Shown: piece by piece, positions 47,748 to 59,843 of the stretch | Numbering within the stretch: position 1 is the first letter of the stretch | How the letters are laid out: every line of letters begins with the position of its first letter | Origin: Squalus acanthias | Lineage: Eukaryota | DNA: 64,000 bases | Assembly: GCA_030390025.1 (NCBI GenBank) | Contig: CM059432.1 | Coordinates: 151,158,001 to 151,222,000, forward strand | Reading direction: 5' to 3' | The notes under the pieces: model-generated | Database searches by the model: none | What the model saw: only the letters and a program-made list of their open reading frames with translations | What the model was told of the DNA's origin: nothing | Position numbers and translations under genes: made by a program

Positions 47748-50482
47748 TTTGTTCCTCACTATTTCTGGAATGTTTTTTGTGTTTTAGATTTACTTTCACT
47801 AATCTCTACCTTTTTACATACCTATTGAAGCTTTTACAATCTGTTTTTCTGTCTCTTGCTCGTTAACTCACATATTCTATTTTCTCTCTCTTTATCAATT
47901 TCTTGGTCCTCCTTTGCTGAATTCTAAATTTCTCCCAACCCTTGGGCTTACTACTCTTGTTGGCAACATTATAAGCCTCTTTCTTTAATCTAATACTATC
48001 TTTAACTCCTCTTGTTATGCACGGTTGGACCATTTTTCCCGTGGTGATTTTATTCCTGAAGGGAATGTATATTCGTTGTGAATTATGAATTATTTCTTTT
48101 AATGTTTTCCATTGCTTAGCTATCATCATATCTTTTAATCTAGTTTCCCAACCTACCTTAGCCAACTCGCCTCTCATACCTACATAGTTTGCTTTGTTCA
48201 GATTTAAGACCCTAGTTTCAGACTTAACGAAATCACTCTCAAACTCAACATAAAAATCTATCATATTATGATCACTGCTCCCCAGAGGCTCCTTTGTTAC
48301 AAGATTATTAATTAATCATGTCTCATTGCGCAATACTCAATCTAAAATAGCCTGTTCCCTAGTTGGTTCCTCGACATACTGATCTAGAAAACTATCTTGA
48401 ATGCATTCCATGTATTCGTCCTCTGCACTATTAATGCAAATTTAGTTTGCCGAGTCTACATGAAAATTAAAGTTCCCCATGATTATTGTATTATCCTTGT
48501 TATATGCACCTCTAATTTCCTGATTTATACTGTGCCAGAGACTACAACTGCTGTTAGGGGGCCTATAAACTACTTCCACAAGTGTTTTCTGTCCCCTGTT
48601 GTTTCTTAGCTCCACCCAAAGTGATTCTGCATCTTGTTTTTCCACACTAAAATCCTTTATCTCCATTTTCTTTATCCCATCCTTTATTATCAGGGCCACT
48701 CCCTCCCTGCCCGCCCCCATGCCCCCTGCTCCCACCTCCTTTTTCATTCTGCCTATCTTTTGTAAAAATCAAGTATCCTGGAATATTTAGTTCCCAACCT
48801 TGGTCACTCTGCAACCATGTTTCCGTAATGGCTATTAAATCAAACCCATTTGTTTCCATTTGTGCTATCAATTCATCTATTTTGTTGTGAATGCTTCACA
48901 CATTCAGATATAAAGCCTTTAGCTTTAACTTTTTCTATTTTCCCTGATGTCACCTTAGTCACTGATGCCCTATTACCTTTATTAAGCTTTCTGTCCCTTC
49001 CTGACCAACTCTGCTTATTTTTACCCAAAACACTGCTCTGTTCTACAGTCTTGACATTTCTCTTACTGCTTTTGAATTTATCCTTTCCTGAATCTCCACC
49101 CCCCCCCCCACCCACCACCAACCACCGCCCATTACTTTAAAGCCCTGTCTACTGCCCCAGTTATTCAGTTCGCCAGGACACTGGTTCCAGCCCGGTTTAA
49201 CTGGAGCCCATCCAATGGAACAGCTCCCTCTTTCCCCAGTACTGGTGCCAGTGCCCCATGAACTGAAACCCCTTCCTCCCACACCACTCTGAGCCACGCA
49301 TTTAATCCTCTAATCTGTTTGTCCCTATGCCAATTTGGGCGTGGCTCAGGTAACAAACCAGAGCTTGTCACCTTTGAGGTTCTGCGTATTAATTTGGACC
49401 CTAGCTCCTCAAACTCTCTCAGCAGAACCTCATTCCTAGTTCTACCTATGTCGTTGGTTACTACGTGGACCATGACAACTCGATTCTCCCCCTCCCACTC
49501 CAAGTTCTTCTCCAGCCGCGAGGAGATGTCTTTAACCCTGGCAGACAACACAGCCTTTGGAAATCCTGGTTGCAGCTGCAGGGACCAGTATCTATCCCCC
49601 TGACTATACTAATAGAGTGAAGCGGAGCTCTCAATAATCGCATTCATCCACGGAGTGAGAATATCCGCTGCCCCGCCATGCAGTGCACATTGTGTGTAAC
49701 GGGCAGCTCAGAAGAACCTTTAAATTGCAAGGAGGCTGTCGACCAAGTGCGAGAAAAAAAGTGCAAGGAAACAAAATGGCGCCCCTTCAAATGCCACACC
49801 ACATTAACAAGGAAACAAAGGAGACTGAAACATACAACTTGAAAAAAGAAAGCTATGATTCGACCTTCATACGCTCCTTATTTGACTTCAAAAATCCTGA
49901 AACAATATAAAACCATAGCAGTCATTTAATCAGATCCCGGTGGTAGCTGCAGCAAGCAACCTAACTCCTGTGGGAATCTGCTGCTCGTCGCTTACCCATT
50001 ATCAAAGACTCTCTGGGTTACCAATTCAAGGTTTCATCTTTTGTTTTTATTTTCTGCTTTTCTTTGACAAAGTTCTTTTTTCACTTCTCCCTTGCAGTGT
50101 ATCAATCCTCGGCCAAGAGGGCCCGGTCAGACCCTGCCTGGAATCTCTGTAATTACCACATTGCACTGTTAGGAGGTGTATTTTTATTATATTACAGTCA
50201 AAAGCTTCAGTCCTGTGCCTGTATGGCAAGAATTCATTCAACACGCAGTCAAACACTTGAAGGTTTATTCAGGGTTAAATTAACCTGAACATAATAACGG
50301 ACTAACACTGAGATCACTTCGGTCACAGAAGGTGCACACATTACAGCTCAACCCTTTGGCTGTTTCCCTCCTTTATCTCCCAACCTATGGTTATGATCTC
50401 ACATCATTTATACTGTTTCTAAGCTGTGTTAATCCATAGGCGTCTGCATTCCATAACCCTTTATCCATTCTCAATCTCCATT

Positions 50483-50933
50483 AAGAAAGAAAGGCTTGCA
50501 TTTCTATAGCGCCTTTCTTAATGTCCTGCAGTGCTTTGCAGCAAATGAAATTCTTTAGAAGTGTAGTCACTGTTGTAATGTGGGAAACGCGGCAGCCAAC
50601 TTGCGCACAGCAAGCTCCCACAAACAGCAATGTGATAATGACCAGATAATCTGTTTTATTGATGTTGGCTGAGGTATAAATATTGGCCCCAGGACACGGC
50701 GAGAACTCCCTCACGCTTCTTCAAATAGTGCCATGTGATCATCAACGGTCACCTGACCGGCCAGTCAGTTTAACGTCTCATCCAAAAGACGCCACCTCCA
50801 ACAGTGCAGCACTCCAGCAGCACTGCAGCGGACGGCCAGCCTGCATTATGTGCTCAAGCCTCGGAAGTGGGACGTGAACCTACAACCTTCTGACTCAGCA
50901 GCAAGAGTGCTACCGCTGAGCCAAGGCTGACAC
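50483..50933 (-). mobile_element. Deu-domain tRNA SINE, near full length
   Basis: Colinear with 4761-5225. B-box remnant at about 50870. Confidence 0.85.
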
Positions 50934-52539
50934 CTAGGCCTAGAAGTCGGAGCAGGCCGGAAACCTGCCAGTGCCTCCGCGGGCCGAAGTTAACAGCTGC
51001 CCGAAACAGTAGCACAGGCAGCACCAGTATTTTGGTGCAGCCCGCTCATTTAAATTAGCGCAGCACAAGACCTGGAGTGCAAGACTAGTTTTCCAGCGGT
51101 ACTCTCAGCAGGAGGCCCAATGCAGCATTGCCGTAGCGTCCCTGGAGCAAGAGCAGCGTTGTCTTAAAGCAAGGCTGTCATTTTAGAAAGCAGCGTCGGT
51201 CCCTTAAAGGGGAACTACCTTCTAAAGTGAAAAAAAATCATTTAAAAATAGGCAGGCTTTAGCCCTTAGAGCTCAACTGCCTTCTAAAAAAAAAATTTAA
51301 AATAATTCCCAAATGGCAGTCTTCAGCTCTTAAAGCTGAACTACCTTCCAGACATAAATGAATGGCAAAGGTGCTTCAGCACTAACACAAATGACTCAAC
51401 AAGCCAGGGAAAGGGCACCCAGGGTCTCGCACACAGCACTCCAGCTTTGTGTAGGGGGTCAACACTGTAAGAGAGGTCCTCTACCCACAGGGGCCAGGAG
51501 GCCCTTCAGAAAGAACAATGTGGGACCACATCACCGAGGCCGTCTCTGCCAGTGCCCAAAGAAGCTTCATGACCTTAGACCAGTAGTCAAGGTCAGTGAA
51601 TGCATCTTCAAAAGCCGTCTCCTACCAACTGCACCACTAGCCTCACACATTGCTTAGTGCACGACTCCCCCCCCCCCACCCCCAATCACTCACCTACCAA
51701 CAATCTGCACCAATCACAAGGCACATCTCCCATTCCTAGACGCACCTCACTCCCTTGGCCATTCTTGGCAGGGGCATGGCTGAGCCCTTGGCCAGTGGCG
51801 GGGCTGAAAGGTTACAAGATGCTGGTATGCTCATACGTTATCCTCCTTCTCCCATCCCACTTCCCCCTCATCTCACAATATCTTCAGATTTACAAGGTGC
51901 ACATGGTGTAAGCATGCAGCCCTTGCTTTCCCGCCCTCCCCTCACCACAACTCTACCCTTGTGCCTTCTTCATTTCACACACCAAAGAAATCCAGCCTGC
52001 CCAGCCAGAAGAAGAAGAAGAAACACCGGCACTCAATTTCACACTCTCAGCCGCCAGCTCCTCGAGGTCGTCCTGCAGAGGCTATCTGCAGTGTCCCCCA
52101 CTGAAGGTCAGCAGCCTTCCACCAGCCATGCTGCAGCCACTGGGGTAGCACTGCGTGACATCACTAGGATAGGCAAAGGCACACTCAAGACAGTCACTAA
52201 GGGAATGCACAAGGTTGATGAGTTGATTTCTTGATGTCATATTGGATGGATAGATGTATAAAGTTGGATTGGAAAGTTTTCTTTGTGGTGGCTTTTATTT
52301 CGGCATTGTGGTCAAGAGGACACTGGGATGGTCAATAACAGAGGGAAGGTAAGGTATGGGACAAATGTTGAAAGGGGAATTGCGGTTGTAGTCACTGGTA
52401 CCACAGGCTGGATGATTCCATCCCAGATATCCCGGCCAAAAAGGGGCTGTCTGGGTTGCATCCTTCCTTCCGCTTCCTCCTCTTCTACTTCCTCCTCTTC
52501 TACTTCCTCCTCTTCTGCGTCTTCCTCTTCCCTCGGTAG

Positions 52540-52651
52540 CTGGAAATCTGAAATAAAACCAGAAATTGCTTAAAATACTCAGCAGGTCAGGCAGCATCTC
52601 GACCTGAAACTTTAACTCTGTTTCTCTCTCCATGGATGCTGCCTCACCTGC
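52540..52651. mobile_element. Short inverted pseudo-LTR remnant of PLE family 1
   Basis: Matches 1094-1143, then switches to the reverse complement of about 1127-1178 (TCGACCTGAAAC...). Confidence 0.7.
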
Positions 52652-53135
52652 CTTCTCAGAGGGCTTCATTTACCATCCGAAGCCTTGCAAGCATCCAGCA
52701 GCACTTCCTGCACTCCCTGCACACTTAAAAAAATGTATAACGTGTAATGCACTAAGCCACTACTTCAATAAATTATAATAAAATCCAGTCCAAAAGCTTA
52801 AATCCAAACTTACCTGAAAGATGAAAGATGCCCCTTTAAGAAGCGTTGACAGCATCTCTGCAGGGCTGCGTCACGCACGCTTTCCTGAGCGTGATGAGGA
52901 CCCGGCGTTAAACAGAGTGAAAAGGTCAAAGTTTGCAGACGTGGTGTCAAGTCCAGGTTGCACTCCAACTGACATCACGCTCTGCTCATTTACATTTCAG
53001 GGGGCCAGCGCTGCCAACAGCAGCGTTATGGCCCTTACCAAAATGGCAGCCACTGTGTCCCACGCCGGAGGTAAGCGGAAGTGAGGCAGCCGCCATTATT
53101 TTGGCTGAAACGGGCCTTGACGGCGTAAACACTTC

Positions 53136-53426
53136 GGGCTGGATTTTGTCTTGGGGTCGGGTTGGGGTCGTGTAATCCGCATTTCGTGTTTCCCCCCCGA
53201 CTCCAGATTAATGTGGATGCCTGATGCAATTTTCACTTAATTGGGCAATTGAGTTGGAGCATGTGGGAACCCATGAACTAATCAGTGTTTTCAGTCTGAA
53301 AGTCGCCTCTGATGATGTCATCATTGCTGACTGACTGCCTAGTATCAGAGACTGTTGGTGAGAGAGGAACGGCCTGGCTTTTGATGTGAGTGGACCTGGA
53401 TGTAAAAATGGGGGGGGGGGGGGGGG

Positions 53427-53466
<40 letters not shown>

Positions 53467-53913
53467 TTTTTGCCAAGCACGTCCTCCCTGGCAGTCTCTG
53501 AAGACATTCAATGCAGCAGCATCAGAGGCGACGTTCAGACCTAATACTACTACTCCCTTCATCACATCTCCATTGTAATAGTGGACCTGCAGCCGATAGT
53601 CAGCTATCCACTTGTGCTCCCGCCAGGTTTCACTGGAGTGTTTCACACCAGGCGTGCTTCACGTCAGAAGAGGGTTAAACTAGCTACAGCGTTTCAAAAT
53701 AGCATTACAGAGCCAATTTAGAGCTTGTTAAGGGCTTTAATGGCCTCTCCCGCCTCTTGAAGGCGGGACGGAGTCGGGAACCCCACGACTGATTATGTCA
53801 AAATTGCGTGGAGGCGGGATGGAGTTGGGATGAGGTCGGAAACCCCGACCCCACAAATTTAACCCCCCACATGCCTCCAAACCCGACTCCATGGGTCATT
53901 CAAAATCCAGCCC
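53136..53913. mobile_element. PIF/Harbinger MITE family C nested just inside the family B right TIR
   Basis: Perfect 13-bp TIR GGGCTGGATTTTG/CAAAATCCAGCCC with TSD TTC. Internal poly-G and (AG)n. Confidence 0.88.
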
Positions 53914-55069
53914 TTCGAATTTCTAGGCTTTAATATCTTATGGTCTTGAGCTGCACAGACAAACAGGGCCAGCAGGAGGCGATAGGAGCCGTGCTACCAA
54001 ACCAACAATATTGAGTCTCCAGTTTAGAGTGATCAAGCAAATTATTATGTAATCAATGTGTGACCTGGCCTAGAAGCAGCTGCACACAACCGCTGCTCAC
54101 ATTTTCAGCCTTTCTGCGGTCGTTCAATTTCAGGTTTAACTACAGAAGTAATATAAATGAAATATAGTATAGTATAGAATATAACTCATTATTTTGCGTA
54201 TAATGGATTTCGTAACTATTTCTCAATCTTAATCTCTAACGGTGTCTCCAAATTTCCCTCCCTCCTTCTGGGGAAATGTCTTCCTCAGAGAACCTGACCA
54301 CAAGTGGGAACTTGCTGTGACCAATCACAATGCTGCTTTATATTATGCTGTTGCTTCACAGTAGTTGGCTACGTCAGGAAAAAAAAGGCCTGGTGAGGAA
54401 TAGAGGACACTGGTAGTCCAGGCCCAGGACAAAGAGTTGACGCTCAGGATGCTGGACTGTAGGCAAAGTTCATTGGGATTTGAAGAGATCTTGCCCAAAT
54501 TCAATTTCTTGCATTCCACTGCTTTAGTACCATTGCCACAGAAAGAGGCGGGCCTGGGAAGATGATGTATTCCGCTGGAATGCCGGCCAGTTCCGCTTCT
54601 TTTTTATTCGTTTTTTTTATGGGATGTGGGCGTCGCTGGCAAGGCCAGCATTTATTGCCCATCCCTAATTGCCCCTTGAGAAGGTGGTGGTGAGCCGCCT
54701 TCTTGAACCGCTGCAGTCCGTGTGGTGAAGGTGCTCCCACAGTGCTTTTAGGGAGGGAGTTCCAGGATTTTACCCCAGCGACGATGAAGGATCGGCAGTA
54801 TATTTCTAAGTCAGGATGGTGTGTGACTTGGAGGGGAACTTGGAGGTGGTGGTGTTCCCAAGTGCCTGCTGCCCTTGTTCTTCTAGGTGGAAGAGGTCGC
54901 GGGTTTGGGAGGTGCTGCCGAAGAAGCCTTGGCGAGTTGCTGCAGTGCATCTTGTAGATGGTACACACTGCAGCCACGGTACGCCGGTGGTGGAGGGAGT
55001 GAATGTTTAAGGTGGTGGATGGGGTGCCAATCAAGCGGGCTGCTTTGTCCTGGATGGTGTCGAGCTTCT

Positions 55070-55234
55070 TATATCACAGAATCCCCACAGTGCAGATAGA
55101 GGCCATTTCGGCCCATCGAGCCTGCACCGCCACATATCCCACCCTATCCCCGTAACCCCACGTATTTAATCCCCCCTAACACTAAGGGTCAATTTATCAT
55201 AGCCAAATCAACCTAACCCGCACATCTTTGGACT
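55070..55234 (-). mobile_element. HE1-like SINE 3' fragment (CR1-type tail)
   Basis: AGTCCAAAGATGTGCGGGTTAGGTTGAT...GATGGGCCGAAATGGCCTC tail. It splits the host LINE at GAGCTTCTT|TGAGTG. Confidence 0.7.
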
Positions 55235-56119
55235 TTTGAGTGTTGTTGGAGCTGCACTCATCCAGGCAAGTGGAGAGTATTCCATCACACTCCTGACTTG
55301 TGCCTTGTAGATGATGGTAAGGCTTTGGGGAGTCAGGAGGTGAGACACTCGCCGCAGAATACCTAGCCTCTGACCTGCTCTTGTTGCCACAGTATTTATG
55401 TGGCTGGTCCAGTTAAGTTTCTGGTCAATGGTGACCCCCAGGATGTTGATGGTGGGGGATTCGGCGATGGTAATGCCATTGAATGTCAAGGGGAGGTGGT
55501 TAGACTCTCGCTTGTTGGAGATAGTCATTGCCTGGCACTTCTGTGGCGCGAATGTTACCTGCCACTTATCAGCCCAAGCCTGAACGTCGTCCAGGTCTTG
55601 TTGCATGCGGGCATGGACTGCTTCATTATCTGAGGAGTTGTGAATGGTGCTGAACACTGTGCAGTCATCAACGAACATCCTCATTTCTGACCATATGTTG
55701 GAGGGAAGGTCATTGATGAAGCAGCTGAAGTTGGTTGGGCCTAGGACACTGCCCTGAGGAACTCCTGCAGCGATGTCCTGGGGCTGTGATGATTGACCTT
55801 CAACCACCACAACCATCTTCCTTTGTGCTAGGTATGACTCCAGCCAGTGGAGTGTTTTCCCCCTGATTCCCATTGACTTCAGTTTTACTAGGGCTCCTTG
55901 ATGCCACACTCGGTCAACTGCTGCCTTGATGTCAAGGGCAGTCACTCTCACCTCACCTCTGAAATTCAGCTCCTTTGTCCATGTTTGGACCGAGGCTGTA
56001 ATGAGGTTGGGAGCCGAGTGGTCTTGGCGGAATCCAAACTGGGCATCAGTGAGCAGGTTTTTGGTGAGTAAGTGTCGCTTGATAGCACTGTCGAAGACAC
56101 CTTCCATCACTTTGCTGAT

Positions 56120-56248
56120 AAAAGTGAGAAGTCGCACAACACCAGGTTATAGTCCAACAGCTTTATTTGAAATCACAAGCTTTCGGAGCGCTGCTCGTGT
56201 TGTGCGACTTCTCACTTTTGTCCACCCCGTCCAACACCGGCATCTCTG
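56120..56248. mobile_element. Mini Penelope (family 2) insertion: inverted pLTR piece plus sense tail
   Basis: 15-bp TSD CATCACTTTGCTGAT (56105-56119, 56249-56263). Homologous to 42092-42201. Confidence 0.85.
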
Positions 56249-56434
56249 CATCACTTTGCTGATGATTGAGAGTAGACTGATGGGGCGGTAATTGGCCGGG
56301 TTGGATTTGTCCTGTTTTTTTTGGACAGGACATACCTGGGCAGTTTTCCACATTGTCGGATAGATGCCAGTGTTGTAGCTGTACTGGAACAGCTTGGCTA
56401 GAGGCACGGCTAGTTCTGGAGCACAAGTCTTGCT

Positions 56435-57795
56435 CCCAATGCTATATACACAAGTGTGGATTAATTAAGGACATGGACAAGTGTGGATTAATTAAAGAAA
56501 GCCATCACGGATTTGTTAAAGGCAAATCGTGTTTAACTAACTTGATTGAGTTCTTTGATGAGGTAACAGAGAGGGTTGATGAGGGTAATGCAGTTGACGT
56601 AGTGTACATGGATTTCCAAAAGACATTCGACAAAGTGCCACATAATAGGCTTGCCATCAAAGTTGAAGCCCATGGAATAAAAGGGACAGTGGCAGCATGG
56701 ATACGAAATTGTCTAAGTGATAGGAAACAGAGAGTAGTGGTGAACGGTTGTTTTTCGGACTGGAGGAAGGTATACAGTGGTGTTCCCCAGGGGTCGGTTC
56801 TTGGACCACTGCTTTTCTTGATATATATTAATGACTTGGACGTGGGTGTACGGGGCACAATTTCAAAATTTACAGATGACACAAAACTTGGAAGTATAGT
56901 GAACAGTGAGGAGGAGAGTGATAGACTTCAGGAAGACAGACAGGCTGGTGAAATGGGCGGACAAGTGGCAGATGAAATTTAACGCAGAAAAGTGTGAAGT
57001 GATACATTTTGGTAGAAAGAATGAGGAGAGGACATATAAACTAAATAGTACAATCCTGAAGGGGGTGCACGAACAGAGAGACCTGGGGGTATGTGTGCAC
57101 AAATCGTTGAAGATGGCAAGGCAGGTTGAGAAAGCGGTTAAAAAGGCTTACGGGATCCTGGGCTTCATAAATTGAGGTATAGAGTACAAAAGTGTGGAAA
57201 TTATGATGAACTTGTATAAAACACTGGTTCGGCCCTAACTGGAGTACTGTGTCCAATTCTGGGCACCACACTTTAGGAAGGATGTGAAGGCCTTAGAGAG
57301 GGTGCAGAAAAGATTTACGAGAATGATTCCAGCAATGACGGACTTCAGTTACGTTGATAGACTGGAGAAGCTGGGGTTGTTCTCCTTGGAGCAGAGAAGA
57401 TTGAGAGGAGATTTGATAGAGATGTTCAAAATCATGAGGGGTCTGGACAGAGTAGATAGAGGGAAACTGTTCCCATTGACAGAAGGGTTGAGAGCCAGAG
57501 GACACAGATTTAAGGTAATTGGCAAAAGAACCAAAGGCAACATGAGGAAAAACTTTTTTACACAGCGAGTGGTTAGGATCTGGAATGCACTGCCTGAAAG
57601 GGTGGTGGAGGCAGATTCAATCACGGCTTTCAAAAGGGAGTTGGATAAGTATCTGAAGGAAAGAAATTTGCAGGGCTACGGGGAAAGGGCGGGGGAGTGG
57701 GACTAGTTGAAGTGCTTTTGCAGAGAGCCGGCACGGGCTCGACGGGCCGAATGGCCTTCTTCCGTGCTGTAACCATTCTATGATTCTATGATTCT
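56435..57795 (+). mobile_element. CR1 LINE 3' part (RT to tail)
   Basis: RT motifs and an (ATTCTATG)n tail. Small duplication ACAAGTGTGGATTAATTAA at the 5' junction. Confidence 0.92.
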
Positions 57796-58662
57796 AAGCA
57801 TTGCTTGACTTACTCCTGGAAAATGAAATGGAGCAAACAACTTATGTGAAAGTAGGAGGAGAACAGGAAAATAGCAACCACAACACAAGTATGTTACATA
57901 CAAGAACTGAAAAGGACAAACAAGAGTCAAAGCTAAGGATGCTGGACTGGAAAAAGGCAGCTTTCAGTGAGATATGAAGGGATCTAGCCCAAAATAACTG
58001 GGCCCAAAGGTTAGCAAATAGGTCAATGGATCAACAGTGGAAATCTTCAAATGTTTAGAGAGAGAGAATATAAAATTAATATATTTAAAATAAGGCGAAA
58101 AGAGGGTGCATCAAAGTATAGAGTCCCATGGATAAGATCTAATCTAAACTGAAACTTAACAAGTATATAGAAAGTGTAATTGGAACGTGCAGATGTATAA
58201 AGAGAAATTGCAAGGGCTTTTAAAATTACATCAGAAGTAAAAGAGAGTGTAAAAGCACTCAGGGATGAAGGAGGGAGTCTCATTATCTAATTTGTAAGTA
58301 AGACAGAGATATTAAAGAAAGATTTTGCATCAATTTTTACAAATTAAGCGTGAATGTTGGTATATATAGAGCAGGAGATGGAACTAATAACAGACAAAAC
58401 TGTACAAAGTAATTAGTTCTGAAAAAATTAGCAGAACTCAAGGTGAATAAGTCACCGATCGCATATAACATGCCCAGTAGCATGTTGACAGAGTTCAGAG
58501 AGGAGTGAGCAGAGGCTTTGTCCACAGTTTTACAATACATATGCAAATTGAACCACGGACTGGAGAATAGCCATCATAGCACCATTGCTCAAAAAAGGAG
58601 AGAAGGATAAATTAGATAATTATGGGCCAGTTGGTCTAGCATCCGCTGTGGGCAAACTCTTA

Positions 58663-59554
58663 GGGGGAAAAATTCAGTCGCGCCCCATTTGGGGCGCAAA
58701 TATCGTCCGGGCGCAAAAATTAGCGCCTGGCGCTAATTATCGCACTGACTGGAAACTTGACTTTTAACGCCCCGGGAGGTGATTGGAGCGCTAAATCAGG
58801 TGCTGCACACCTGTCTTAAGGCGCAAAGGCCGAGGAGTGAGGCGCTAACTCAGAGCGCTGGCGAAGCTCATGTAATGTCAGTCAGCAATGGAACACACAC
58901 ACAATGGCACGGGCCAGTTCTTAAAGGGGATGGTTAATCTTGCTTTCCATCCACATCCTACTCATTGCAGCCTTGAATCTCGGCCTGGAGAGACTTGCAC
59001 ATCAAATGTGCTGGAAAGAACAATTGAGAGTACCAGGCAAAGAGCTCAGAGTGCAGCCCCCACAGTCTCTGCTAAATCAATACAAGGAATGGAAAATCAA
59101 AATGAACCTGCAAAGTGCTGCTCAGTACCCAAAACTCCTTCACACAACGTTGAATCTCTCCAGAAGTCTCTCCCTCTCTCTCTCAGAATGCGTAGTTCAA
59201 AAATGGCACCAAGAATAAAAGGCAGGAAGCGGTCACCTTTAAATAGCGCTCCCCCTTTCCCTTCATGACTGCAGAACGCTCCCCTCAACCTGTCGTTGCT
59301 AGCGTCAGGCGGTAAGGCAGGGGGCGCCACTCAATATCCGCTCCGGGGCGATACCGGGGCGTTGCACACTCGAGTGACGTCATGATCTGCCGGCGCAGGA
59401 GATCGTGGCGGTAGTGTTTAGCGCCGCCGCAAAATGTCTAGTTAATTTCGCGAGCGGCGCAAACTTCGCCGCGCCCGGGCGCTAGATGCTTTGTGCCCCA
59501 TTAGCGCCCTCTTAAGGCGCTAACTGGAGGCGCAACCAACTGAATTTTTCCCCC
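58663..59554 (+). mobile_element. PIF/Harbinger (Tourist-like) MITE family A, intact, 892 bp
   Basis: Perfect 16-bp TIR GGGGGAAAAATTCAGT with TTA TSD (58660-58662, 59555-59557). Confidence 0.92.
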
Positions 59555-59843
59555 TTAGAATTCATAATTCGAGATAAAATGAATAAGCCATTGGAAATGC
59601 ATAGGTTAATCAAGGACAGCCAGCTCAGATTTGTTAAAGGCATGTCCTGTTTGACAAATTTAATGGAGTTTTATTTTTGAACTGACTGATTGGATACATA
59701 AAGGGAATGCAGTAGATGTAGTATATATGGATTTACGGAAGGCATTTGATACGGTGGCTGACAAGTTAGAAAAAATCAGGTGTTTGGTACAACAGGAAAT
59801 GTAGCAGCATGGACAGAAAATTGGTTAATGGACAGGCAACAGA

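Larger units (their letters stand above)
38174..49610 (-). mobile_element. One near-full CR1 (ORF1 remnant to 3' tail) split by five nested insertions
   Basis: Colinear pieces 38174-38356, 42202-42414, 43307-43365, 44475-44674, 46000-46950 and 47748-49610 rejoin into tail, RT, EN and ORF1 (VMVHVVTND...SGLLP). Confidence 0.85.
50937..53929 (+). mobile_element. Internally deleted PIF/Harbinger element (family B) with both ends
   Basis: TIRs GGCCTAGAAGTC / GAATTTCTAGGCT, flanks CTA/TTA. Plus-strand Myb/SANT-like remnant at 51391-51591 (RERAPRVS...WDHITEAV...QCPKKLHDL). Minus-strand acidic tract plus GRDIWDGIIQ at about 52390-52535 resembles a Harbinger transposase C-terminus. Confidence 0.78.
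54600..56430 (-). mobile_element. Second LINE family (CR1/L2 group), RT to 3' tail, with SINE and PLE insertions
   Basis: QFGFR..HSAP, ALDIKAAVDRVWH, GVPQGSVLGP, FVDDCT and YKAQVRSVMEYSP. Tail ...GCCAGCGACGCCCACATCCC. Confidence 0.88.
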
